From: Convolutriloba macropyga
Lineage: Eukaryota
NCBI RefSeq assembly: GCF_964194025.1
Contig: NC_134470.1
Span: 39,432,001-39,496,000 of the forward strand
DNA length: 64,000 nucleotides
Direction: 5' to 3'
A program made the translations under genes and the position numbers. Below, in pieces: positions 49,220 to 61,306 of this stretch (its first letter is position 1; the number at the start of each line of letters is the position of its first letter). Below the pieces are notes generated by a model. The model was not told the origin of the DNA, searched no databases, and saw only the letters and a list, made by a program, of their open reading frames with translations.

Positions 49220-51869
49220 CACTGAACAAAAACAATCGATTTAAATTCTTGAGTAGGCTCTAATAGATGTTCCGATGAAACTGTTTTGGATAGATTTTAA
49301 AGTCAGAGTATTTGTCTCGACTATGCAGAAATCAACGAGAAAGGTGTTGGTTTTGAAGCACAATTAATACCATTTTGAATCAGCGAGAAAAGTCTTTTTT
49401 TGCAACGAGGCTGAGAGTGTTGGACTACAATTCGGCAGTTAAAGGAATTTGTTATTCAGGTTTCAATTTGAGACCTTGTTTTTCACGCTATTGTGATCTT
49501 GCAAGCGTTTTTGAGACTTTAGAGATCAGTTAGCCGAAGGTTCTCGTTTGTCTCAGATAGCAATTGGGACACTGCACATCCAGTATGTTTTGAAAAGAAT
49601 CAAATTGAAGGTATGATGAGTTACTGCTTATTAGGCTTTTTTGCTGCTAGAGAATTTAACCTTTTTAATTGTTCCGACCCCTTTTTGGGGGAGGAACTAT
49701 ATACTCAAATGGGTTTTTTTGTTCAGTCAATTTTGGCCGATCGATATATTCATAGTAGAGAAATATGAGTGGTATCATTAAAAAGCTCGTCCCGCGTAGA
49801 GTTCGGAATCTTTTGAATTTCGTGTTGAATTTCGCAGTCGGATATTTGGAGATCTGGATAAAAGTCTGGTTTAACACTGAACAAAAACAATCTATTTAAA
49901 TTCTTGAGTAGACTCTAATAGATATTCCGATGAAATTGTTTTGGATAGATTTTAAAGTCGTAGATTTTAAAGGGTAGATTTTAGAGTATTTATCTCGACT
50001 GTGCAGAAATCAACGATAAAGTGTTGGTTTTGAAGCACAATTATTACCATTTTGAATCAGCCAGAAAAGTCTAAAAATACTGATATCTGAAATCAGCCAA
50101 TTTTGTGTTGTTTGCCTGAAGATTTTAGAGATTGGTAAATTGCCATTAAGATCATTTTAATTGCAGCTCCAAGTACTTGTTAAAATTTGTTTGCTCTGAA
50201 TTGTATTGAAGCGCTACTGAATTCTAAGAGAATTCGAGACCCCATGATAGGAAGACTATTGCAGTGATTGGAAAATTGTTTTGTCTTCTAGACCTGATAG
50301 ATGAAGCTGCAAAATGAGTGCACAAAACGTGTTTGCTTGGCGGACAAAGTTTAAGAAGATTTTCAAGAGATGTCTTTGCTCCACAAACATGTTGGGCTTC
50401 ATGGCAGCTTTTTTTGCAACGAGGCTGAGAGTGTTGGACTACAATTCGGCAGTTAAAGGAATTTGTTATTCAGGTTTCAATTTGAGACCTTGCTTTTCAC
50501 GCTATTGTGATCTTGCAAGCGTTTTTGAGACTTTAGAGATCAGTTAGCCGAAGGTTCTCGTTTGTCTCAGATAGCAATTGGGACACTGCACATCCAGTAT
50601 GTTTTGAAAAGAATCAAATTGAAGGTATGATGAGTTACTGCTTATTAGGCTTTTTTGCTGCTAGAGAATTTAACCTTTTTAATTGTTCCGACCCCTTTTT
50701 GGGGGAGGAACTATATACTCAAATGGGTTTTTTTGTTCAGTCAATTTTGGCCGATCGATATATTCATAGTAGAGAAATATGAGTGGTATCATTAAAAAGC
50801 TCGTCCCGCGTAGAGTTCGGAATCTTTTGAATTTCGTGTTGAATTTCGCAGTCGGATATTTGGAGATCTGGATAAAAGTCTGGTTTAACACTGAACAAAA
50901 ACAATCTATTTAAATTCTTGAGTAGACTCTAATAGATATTCCGATGAAATTGTTTTGGATAGATTTTAAAGTCGTAGATTTTAAAGGGTAGATTTTAGAG
51001 TATTTATCTCGACTGTGCAGAAATCAACGATAAAGTGTTGGTTTTGAAGCACAATTATTACCATTTTAAATCAGCCAGAAAAGTCTAAAAATACTGATAT
51101 CTGAAATCAGCCAATTTTGTGTTGTTTGCCTGAAGATTTTAGAGATTGGTAAATTGCCATTAAGATCATTTTAATTGCAGCTCCAAGTACTTGTTAAAAT
51201 TTGTTTGCTCTGAATTGTATTGAAGCGCTACTGAATTCTAAGAGAATTCGAGACCCCATGATAGGAAGACTATTGCAGTGATTGGAAAATTGTTTTGTCT
51301 TCTAGACCTGATAGATGAAGCTGCAAAATGAGTGCACAAAACGTGTTTGCTTGGCGGACAAAGTTTAAGAAGATTTTCAAGAGATATCTTTGCTCCACAA
51401 ACATGTTGGGCTTCATGGCAGCTTTTTTTGCAACGAGGCTGAGAGTGTTGGACTACAATTCGGCAGTTAAAGGAATTTGTTATTCAGGTTTCAATTTGAG
51501 ACCTTGCTTTTCACGCTATTGTGATCTTGCAAGCGTTTTTGAGACTTTAGAGATCAGTTAGCCGAAGGTTCTCGTTTGTCTCAGAGAGCAATTGCGACAC
51601 TGCACATCCAGTATGTTTTGAATTGAATCAAATTGAAGGTATGATGAGTTACTGCATATTTGGCTTTTTTGCTGCTAGAGAATTTAACCTTTTTAATTGT
51701 TCGGTGCCTTTTTGGGGGGAGGAACTATATACTCAAATGGGTTTTTTTGTTATGTCAATTTTGGCCGATCGATATATTCATAGTAGATAAATGTGAGTGG
51801 TATCATTATAAAGCTCGTCCCGCGTAGAGTTCGGAATCTTTTGAATTTCGTGTTTTTTGAGGAGTTATG
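49178..51869 (+). repeat. Three direct copies (period 1014 bp; first copy internally deleted) of the NDUFA9 3' end/flank plus a family-A 5' terminus
   Basis: The last 14 codons of NDUFA9, including the stop, recur at 49833-49874 and 50847-50888. ORF offsets of 1014 (49665/50679; 50314/51328). Confidence 0.9.
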
Positions 51870-51890
51870 AAAAATTCAAAAAGTAAATCA

Positions 51891-52001
51891 AAATTTCAAA
51901 AAGTAAATCAAAATTTCATTAAGAACTATTCCTTCGAAAAACTTTTATAGTTTTTCGAAGGAATAGTTTTTAATGAAATTTTGATTTACTTTTTGAAATT
52001 T
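51891..52001. repeat. Near-perfect palindrome with ~52-bp arms and a 5-nt loop
   Basis: AATTTCAAAAAG...CCTTCGAAAAACT-TTTAT-AGTTTTTCGAAGG...CTTTTTGAAATT, 1 mismatch. Confidence 0.9.
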
Positions 52002-52091
52002 TACTAAATTTTTGGAGTCCTATAGCATAAACTCGGTGACCAAACGTTCAAAAATCTACCTGATGAATATTAAGTGAACCTATATTGTGCT

Positions 52092-55000
52092 TTGAGTGGA
52101 CAGCTAATGGCTGTTAAGAATTAAAAAAAATTACATTAGCTGTCCTTTCAAGTTACTACGTCGTTCGCTTACTGCTCTCTAAGAAGCCTCTTGCTTTTTC
52201 AGCCAACAAGTCTATGCCATAGGACTCCGAAAATTTAGTAAACTTTCAAAAAGTAAATCAAAATTTCGTTAAAAAATTTTCTTTCGAAAAATTCTTAAGT
52301 CTTAACAGCCATTAGCTGTCCCCTCAAAATACTATATAGGTTCGCTTAATGCTCTTCAGGAAGCCTATTGCAATTCTAGTCAACGAATTTATGTCTGGGC
52401 TACAAAATCTTAATAAAATCTCAAAAAGAAAATCAAAATTTAAAAAAAATATTAAAACTCAGAATCGGAGCCATAAAAAATGGTCGATTCCTGAAAAACG
52501 AATTGTTTGTTCAATGGGCATTATTTGACTGTAAATGAGGTTTGTCTTGAACACAAACTGGATTTTAAAAGTGACTAGTCTCCAAGTGAATTGAAAAAAA
52601 AAACAATAAAAAAACATGAAATGGTTTTTAAAAAATCAGCTCTCAAATAGAAATCGAGTTTTTTTCATAGTAAACGTCCCTTTGAGACGAAAACTACCCC
52701 TTTTATGGCCTTTCGTCCGTTAGAATCACAAGACTGTTTCATTTGTAGCAGAAAATGTAATTTTGAATTGATATTTTTTATAGAAAAAAAGGGAACACAA
52801 TCATGCCAAACATCACGTGTTCACGCAAAACTTTAAACCTCGATAACTCCTCAAAAAACACGAAATTCAAAAGAGTCCGAACTCTACGTGGGACGAGCTT
52901 TTTAATGATACCACTCACAGTTCTCTACTATGAATATATCGATCGGCCAAAATTGACTGAACAAAAAAACCCATTTGAATATATAGTTCCTCCCCCAAAA
53001 AGGGTCCGAAATATTAAAAAGGTTAAATTCTCTAGCAGCAAAAAAGCCAAAAAAGCAGTAACTCATCATACCTTCAATTTGATTCAATTCAAAACATACT
53101 GGATGTGCAGTGTTGCAATTGCTCTCTGAGACAAACGAGAGCCTTCGGTTAACTGATCTCTAAAATCTCAAAAAAGCTTGCAAGATCACAATAGCGTGAA
53201 AAGCAAGGTCTCAAATTGAAACCTGAATAACAAATTTCTTTAACTGCCGAATTTTAGTCCAACACTCCCTCAGCCTCGTTGCAAAAAAAAGCTGCCATGA
53301 AGCCCAACATGTTTTTGGAGCGAAGAATTAAAAAAAAATTTGAAAATTTTTTTTTTGGCTAATAATCGATAAATTTGTTTTTGTGAATGGTAGGTCAGTC
53401 TCAGTAAAGACAAACCCCCCTCCATTTTACTACATCTACATTTTTGCGGTTAAATGTCTTTTGGCTCCATGACTTCGATGCCACAAGTTTTCAAAATTTA
53501 GAAAAAAAATTTTCGCTAATTTTTTCGTAAATTTGTTTCCTTTTGAAATCTTATCACATTATCCTAATATTGATTTTTAACATTGGCTAAGAGAAGCCAT
53601 TCATTGGATTATAAAGAAAGTTTTCAAAGAAAGCTCATAGTTTAAATGGCTTCGACAATTTCTTCTCGCACTTTTCTACTGATTTTTTTTGTTTTTGCCT
53701 GTATTTGTTGTTGTTTTCATAGTCATCGGACTTTTTGCGATGTTGTCGTCTTGATGAATTAAAGTTGTCATTGCTGTCTTCCCATTGAGCTTTGAGGCAT
53801 AATTTAGAATATTTATTGATTTCTGTTGAAAGCAATTGAATTTAAGGGCTGTTGAGACTTCAAATATAATTTCAAATTTTTTTGTACATTAAACGATATT
53901 AAACTTATTTTGAACTCTAAGTCAGTCTCACTATTGACAGGACCTCTTCCTTTTTTTGCAACCAAAATTAATCTGGTTAGCGGTTTTATCTTCTATCGTT
54001 TTTAAGGAATCGACCATTTTTTTGTGGCTCCGATTCTGAGTTTTAGTATTTTTTTTTAACTTTGATTTTCTTTTTGAGAATTTATTAAGATTTTGTGGCC
54101 CTATGACATAGATTCGTTGACTAGAATTGCATTAGGCTTCCTGAAGAGCACTAAGCGAACCTATGTAGTAATTTGAGGGGACAGCTAATGGCTGTTAAGA
54201 CTTAAAAAATATTTTTTCGAAAGAAAATTTTTTAACGAAACTTTGATTTACTTTTTGAAAGTTTACTAAATTTTCGGAGTCCTATGGCATAGATTTGTTG
54301 GCTGAAAAAGCAAGAGGCTGCTTAGAGTGCAGTAAGCGAACGACGTAGTAACTTGAGTGGACAGCTAATGGCTGTTAAGAATTAAAAAAAATTACATTAG
54401 CTGTCCTTTCAAGTTACTACGTCGTTCGCTTACTGCTCTCTAAGAAGCCTCTTGCTTTTTCAGCCAACAAGTCTATGCAATAGGACTCCGAAAATTTAGT
54501 AAACTTTCAAAAAGTAAATCAAAATTTCGTTAAAAAATTTTCTTTCGAAAAATTCTTAAGTCTTAACAGCCATTAGCTGTCCCCTCAAAATACTATATAG
54601 GTTCGCTTAATGCTCTTCAGGAAGCCTATTGCAATTCTAGTCAACGAATCTATGTCTGGGCTACAAAATCTTAATAAAATCTCAAAGAAAATCAAAATTT
54701 AAAACAAAACTAAAACTCAGAATCGGAGCCATAAAAAATGGTCGATTCCTGAAAAACGAATTATTTGTTCATTGGGCATTATTTGACTGTAAATGAGGTT
54801 TGTCTTGAACACAAACTGGATTTTAAAAGTGACTAGTCTCCAAGTGAATTGGAAAAAAAAACAATAAAAAACATGAAATGGTTTTTAAAAAATCAGCTCT
54901 CAAATAGAAATCGAATTTTTTTCATAGTAAACGTCCCTATGAGACGAAAACTACCCTTTTTATGGCCTCTCGTCCGTTAGAATCACAAGACTGTTTCATT

Positions 55001-56253
55001 TGTAGCAGAAAATGTAATTTTGAATTGATATTTTTTATTAAAAAAAAAGGGAACAAAATCATGCCAAACATCACGTGTTCACGCAAAACTTTAAACCTCG
55101 ATAACTCCTCAAAAAACACGAAATTGAAAAGAGTCCGAACTCTACGCGGGACGAGCTTTTTAATGATACTACTCACAATTCTCTACTATGAATATATCGA
55201 TCGGCCAAAATTGACTGAACAAAAAACCCATTTGAATATATAGTTCCTCCCCCAAAAAGGGGTCGGAACAACTAAAAAGGTTAAATTCTCTAGCAGCAAA
55301 AAAGCCTAATAAGCAGTAACTCATCATACCTTCAATTTGATTCCTTTTCAAAACATACTGGATTTGCAGTGTCCCAATTGCTATCTGAGACAAACGAGAG
55401 CCTTCGGCTAACTGATCTCTAAAATCTCAAAAAAGCTTGCAAGATCACAATAGCGTGAAAAGCAAGGTCTCAAATTGAAACCTGAATAACAAATTTCTTT
55501 AACTGCCGAATTTTAGTCCAACACTCCCTCAGCCTCGTTGCAAAAAAAAGCTGCCATGAAGCCCAACATGTTTTTGGAGCGAAGAATTAAAAAAAAATTT
55601 GAAAATTTTTTTTTTGGCTAATAATCGATAAATTTGTTTTTGTGAATGGTAGGTCAGTCTCAGTAAAGACAAACCCCCCTCCATTTTACTACATCTACAT
55701 TTTTGCGGTTAAATGTCTTTTGGCTCCATGACTTCGATGCCACAAGTTTTCAAAATTTAGAAAAAAAATTTTCGCTAATTTTTTCGTAAATTTGTTTCCT
55801 TTTGAAATCTTATCACATTATCCTAATATTGATTTTTAACATTGGCTAAGAGAAGCCTTTCATTGGATTATAAAGAAAGTTTTCAAAGAAAGCTCATAGT
55901 TTAAATGGCTTCGACAATTTCTTCTCGCACTTTACTGATTTTTTTTGTTTTTGCCTGTATTTGTTGTTGTTTTCATAGTCATCGGACTTTTTGCGATGTT
56001 GTCGTCTTGATGAATTAAAGTTGTCATTGCTGTCTTCCCATTGAGCTTTGAGGCATAATTTAGAATATTTATTGATTTCTGTTGAAAGCAATTGAATTTA
56101 AGGGCTGTTGAGACTTCAAATATAATTTCAAATTTTTTTTGTACATTAAACGATATTTAATTTATTTTCTTGAACTCTAAGTCAGTCTCACTATTGACAG
56201 GACCTCTTCCTTTTTTGCAACCAAAATTAATCTGGTTAGCGGTTTTATCTTCT
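52092..56253. repeat. Direct repeat with ~2.26-kb period, each unit containing an inverted copy of the family-A 5' end and NDUFA9 3' flank
   Basis: ORF offset 2259 (53635/55894). Inverted termini end at about 53012 and 55271. Identical fold junction GGACAGCTAATG...CATTAGCTGTCC at about 52098 and 54359. Confidence 0.85.
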
Positions 56254-56974
56254 AACTATTGACTTCAAAACTTGGATGGCACGACTTTTCATAATTTTTT
56301 TTTTAATTTTTGGTTTTTTTTTCATAGTTTTGGATTCTATTGAAATCTTACCATATTGTCCTATTATTTACAGTTCCCATTGGAATAGAGAAGACTTGCC
56401 ATAGATCATAGATCAAGTTTTCAGAGAAAACGGTTAGGTTTGAATGGCTTCGACACTGTCTTCTCTTTTTTTTTCTACTTGTTTTTTGGTTTTTGCCTGC
56501 ATTTGTTTTCATATTCTTACGACTTATTGCGATGAATTATTTTTGATTTAAGAATGACAAAAATTATTGCCTTCTCATAGAAGCGTAACTTATTCTAACT
56601 TATTGTTTATCATTTTCCGTTGAAAGCTATTGAATTTAATGGCTTTGATATTACGGATTTTCTCAAAAATTTCGTGGTTTTAATATTGTGGTTTTTATTT
56701 TTGGTTGTAGGTATATTGTTGTATAATATTGTTGGTTTTTGAAGTCATATTGTTACAAAAACCAATACTATTTTTGTTGAAAAATTATTTGAACCTATAA
56801 AAGTTTTTAATGAAAGTTCATTTTTTAATGGCTTCGACATTTCCGGTTTTTGCCTGTTTTATGTTCTTTGTAGTCATAAAGAGCTTAGAGGTCTCATAAG
56901 ACGCTGCTTGAGTGTTGAATGAATGAAGTTACTCAATGCAGTAGATTTACAGCAAATAGCCTTAAATTTTATGA

Positions 56975-57476
56975 TTAATAGCCGCACAGCGATAGCTGGG
57001 GCTATTATTGGCCTTCTCTTGGTTTTTTTTTATTTCGTCGTCATGATTTTTGTTACGACCATATGACGTCACAGCCACTTTTTGTTCATTCGTTCATGCA
57101 AATTCAACTGAATTGCATGTGTGACGTCATTTTTCGCTCTTAGTGGAGCGAGTTTTTTGTTCATGCGCGTGATTAAATTTTTGGTCACACTTGACTTACC
57201 TCACTCTCAAAAATGACTTCCTCACTTTGAAATTGACTTTTATTTACTTTAATTCAAAGAGATAAGGTCAAATGGGTGTGTTTCACTCTAAATGAAGGTT
57301 ATTTGAGATCAGCTAATAGAGGCAGCAAAAACTTATACAGATTTTCAATCAAAATATAACATATCAGCCTTCAATGAAAAGACGAATTTTTTTGGTCTGC
57401 CTCTTTTGCTGTTTTTTTGAGTCTGCAGATCTACGAAGCTATTGCGGCTATTTTCTGGCAATCTGCCAGCTATGTT
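56975..57476 (+). mobile_element. HINE family B2, intact uninterrupted copy (about 500 bp) nested in family A
   Basis: TTAATAGCCGCACAGCGATAGCTGGGCTATTA ... GCGGCTATTTTCTGGCAATCTGCCAGCTATGTT. Confidence 0.85.
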
Positions 57477-59023
57477 ATTAATAATTTTCAATCGTTTTTT
57501 TAACTTAGATTTTGCTGTTATATTTGTCAACTTGTGTTTAATTCTCATCATCGAGACGCCCCATCCACTTCCCCGTAGTTCGAATAGTGAAGTTGCTATT
57601 TATATTGATGTTATATTGACATCGTAACTGATGTTTTTTGGTTGTACAATATGTTTTTTTATAAAAGTTTTGTTAGTGGTGAATATCTGTCTTCCTTTTT
57701 CTCTTCTTTAAGCTCATTCGCGTAATAACAGATCCCAATTCAAATGAGGCCCAAGTAACATGCTTATTCTTTCAGTATAGCTTTAACTCAAATAGTTTAA
57801 TTAACAATTGAAATAAAATCATAATATTCAGATAACAGCGAAAGGTTTTAATGGCTTCAATAATTTGTTTTCGCGATTTGTTTGAAATATTTTCAGTTTT
57901 TTTCATCTTTAGTCCGTTTCTGTTGCTTATTTTAACCAACAGAGGATTCTATTAGCCTTGTAATGACTTTTTAGTAAATTTATTAATATTTTTGTTGAAA
58001 CCTAATGGTTTCTAGGACGTTTGTAAATGTTTGGTTTAAAAAATTTTGGTTGATTTTTGAATTTCACCTGATTATTGCTTTTTTGGTCAACTTGTTACTT
58101 AGTCTCATTATTATTAAGTCCAATATGCTTTGTAGTTACGAAAAAAAGCTTGTGTAGTTAAGTTTTCTTCCGATTGTATTTTGACATTGCTACTAGGTGC
58201 TTTTAAATTTAGATGTTTTAGTTTTGTCGTAAAATATGTTTTTTTTTCATTTTGCTTATTTTGTTGTTTATTTTTTTCTCCCGTAGTCTTATTAAGGGTG
58301 GCAGATCTCGTGAGTGCTTTAATGAGGAATGGCATTATTTATTTCTTTTAGTAGTTTATGTAACTTTTTTTTAAACTATAAGGTCTATTTTAGATTTTTT
58401 GTTCATTTGGTTGACAGTTATGTCTGAAATGTACATGAGCGCGGGTCGAAACATCATGTGCGAGCGCACATTAACGAGCCTCCTTGTTACATTATAGGTT
58501 AAAAAGCGGAAATTGCCAATGAAATTGTTGATGCAAAGTTGAACTTACATAGCATTACTTTAGACTGGAAGGACTGTGTTACCTTTATGGCACATTTGAT
58601 GAAAAGCATAAATTCATGGAAGACTTGAATTCATAAATAACGTGGAGGACAAATAACCATTCTTTCTACGATAATGGAGACTTACAATCAGGTTTTGATT
58701 ATGCTTAACTATTTGTCAAATCTTGAAAATATTTATTTTTTGGCTATTTGTTGCTCAGCTACAGCCTAGCTGTTGGGTACTTTTACGAAGGACGTTTTAC
58801 GAACAGGTGATGTTGTTTTTTATTTGGTTGAGCAGTTGTGAAAACACGATGGTGCATGAGAAAAAACTGGATGTCTTCCTTAAAAATTTTGTTATGAGGA
58901 ATAGATTTTTGTTCATACGGTTATTTGAAAGAGCAAACAAGGTAGGTGAGCAAGATTTGTTGCCGAGTTAATAACGGTTTTGTTCACATTAGAAGTGGTT
59001 TTAAATTACTTTACTTAGCCTTA

Positions 59024-59325
59024 TTAATGGCCGCCGTCAGCCTCTCAACCGCTATTATTTAGGCGCTCTCCTTCTATTTGAATTTTGCCCCTTTAAAAAT
59101 TTTCTCTTGTCCTATCACCTGGTGTTTTTAATGAGAGATCTTGTTGGTTGCTAATGAGACATGAAAGAAACTAATGAATGGTGCCAGTTTATAGCTAGCG
59201 GTTATCATGACTTAGCCACTATTTGTTCTCAAAATTTTTAGTGATTTTTGAGTTTTTCGTGTCTTTATTGAACTTTTTGTTGTCTTTTCATTTAATCGCA
59301 TTAGGGACATGTCCCTAGTTTCCTA

Positions 59326-59377
<52 letters not shown>

Positions 59378-60949
59378 TATCCATTTAGATTGTTTCCTTT
59401 TAAAGCTATTGATTGCTCTGACTTTGACACTATTTTTTTTCAATAAATATTGTCGATATTTTTTTATTTGACGAGTTTCTTTATCGTCACTGTTGTCTTA
59501 TCTCTTAGTTTCATTAATGGCAGGTCTCATCAGTTTCATAAAGATGTCTCACTTCAGAGGAATTGACTTAATTGTTAGAGGTAATATATTTTGCTCTATG
59601 AATTATACGCTGTTCGTTTTCAACAATATATGAGGTTGAATTCTTGAGTTTCGCATGTATTTGTTCTACTGGTTGCTGTCTAGTCATTTTTTCTCAACTG
59701 TGAAAGGTTTCGTTCATTGCTAATAGAGGTTTATTTCAATGGAAAAAAATCTTTCGGTATGTAGCTAATGCTTTTGTTGACTTTTTTACTGTTAATGATC
59801 GAAAGGTAGCAGCCAGTTCTTCGGAATTTGCGAAAATTGGTCATATTTGTGTTGTCTTATTATTTGGTTTCATTTATGAAAGGTTTCATTGGTTCCTAAT
59901 GAGGTAAAAGTGTATCTAAGTAAATGCATGAGTTCATAAGAATCTGTTTTTGATTCTGACATTTATAAACGTTGAAAATTCATTTTTAGTCTTGCCTTTT
60001 TTGTTGTTTTTCTTGTGGTCCTGTCGCTGACCTTCATAAAAATTACAAATCTCATTGGCGTTTTAGTGTGGCGTAATTTTGGTCAATTTATTTGCCTGAA
60101 GTTCTAGTTACCTTTTTTATTGACTGAGATACTGTTTGTTTTCGAATTGTTTGACGTGAATTTGTTGTGAATTTTCTAATTTCTTCGAACTTCTTATTTT
60201 AGCCTCAATTTTGTGTTGTCTGCCATTAATTCCCTCTAAATTGTTGTATTATGTACTCAATAGGAGGATGTGTAGATTCATTTGTTGATAAATCGTTAAA
60301 ATTATTTGTTTCGCAAAACACTAGATCTAGGAAAACAACATTTTCTAATTGTTTCTAGATTTTTTGTTTAAGTTTGTGCTTATAGGGTCATGGGTTCTTG
60401 CCTGTTTTAGTTTAATAGTGCCGTAAAAATTTTAATTGTCGGTTTGTTGAAAGTTGTTCAATTTTTTGGACTGTAGTTCAGGACTTGTCCTGCTATGTTT
60501 TTTAATTCGCTTTACTTTTTGAGCGTTTTTCGTTTTACATGAGTCACGATTTTCACGTTTTACTTCTAACTTACCTCACTCGCTGTTCCAACTGACCGAG
60601 TTTTAAATTCGTTGACTTTTTGAATTATGCAATGTACTGAATACGGTCAATGTCAAAAGAGCAAAATCATGAGAATTCTGATAAACCGATAAAGCCCGGT
60701 CATTAAGTCATAGTGCATTAGGTTTGCAAAGTTCATTAGAGCGATTGCTAGCTGACCTTCATATTAATCTGAATAGCGTTCAGTTTAGAGGTTTAATTAA
60801 TTATATGCTTAATAGCGTTCAGTTTAGAAGCTGAATGAAGTGTAACTTTAGAATCTAACCGAATATGCAGAATTTTCACACCAAATAAGAATACTTTGAC
60901 ATTTAAAAAAATTCTGTCCTTTTCTTTCTCTTAATTTGCCGGCTATGTT
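59024..60949 (+). mobile_element. HINE family B3 with a ~1.4-kb C-like insert (about 59070-60499)
   Basis: 5' TTAATGGCCGC...CGCTATTATTTAGGCGCTC. The insert ends CAGGACTTGTCCTGCTATGTT (60499). The B3 body resumes at 60503 and ends TGCCGGCTATGTT. Confidence 0.6.
59327..59373. repeat. (TA)n microsatellite, preceded by the 16-bp palindrome TAGGGACATGTCCCTA (59302-59317)
   Basis: Seen directly in the sequence. Confidence 0.95.
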
Positions 60950-61306
60950 TAATTTGAGCTGCGAAATCGGTTATCTTTCGAAACAATTGAAGCTTGGTTT
61001 CCAAGCATGTTTTGAATTTCTTAGGCGATTGTAATCCTCGCGGCTGCTATTTTTCATTTCTTAGCTAACCAATTCGTTTTAGTTGTTTTAGTTTTAGTAG
61101 TATCTTGTAGAGAGGTGAGATCAAATTTTAGCCCGCTTATGTTCAATGTGTTGAAGTTTTTGGCCTTTCTGGAAGCCAAATTGGCTACCTAGAACCCTTG
61201 TCTTTACTTCGTGAAAGTGATATGTGACAATTTTGATTATTTTATGCTTTCTCCTTAGATTTTTTGCCGGCGCACATTTGTTCTCAAATCGAAAATTGAA
61301 TTGTTT

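Larger units (their letters stand above)
49669..58488 (+). mobile_element. HINE family A, rearranged and amplified copy
   Basis: 5' TTGTTCCGACCCC..GGGGAGGAACTATA at 49669; 3' GGGTCGAAACATC-ATGTGCGAGCGCACAT-TAACGAGCCTCCTTGTT ending 58488. Region about 56250-58488 is the reverse-complement homolog of about 4262-6400. Confidence 0.75.
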
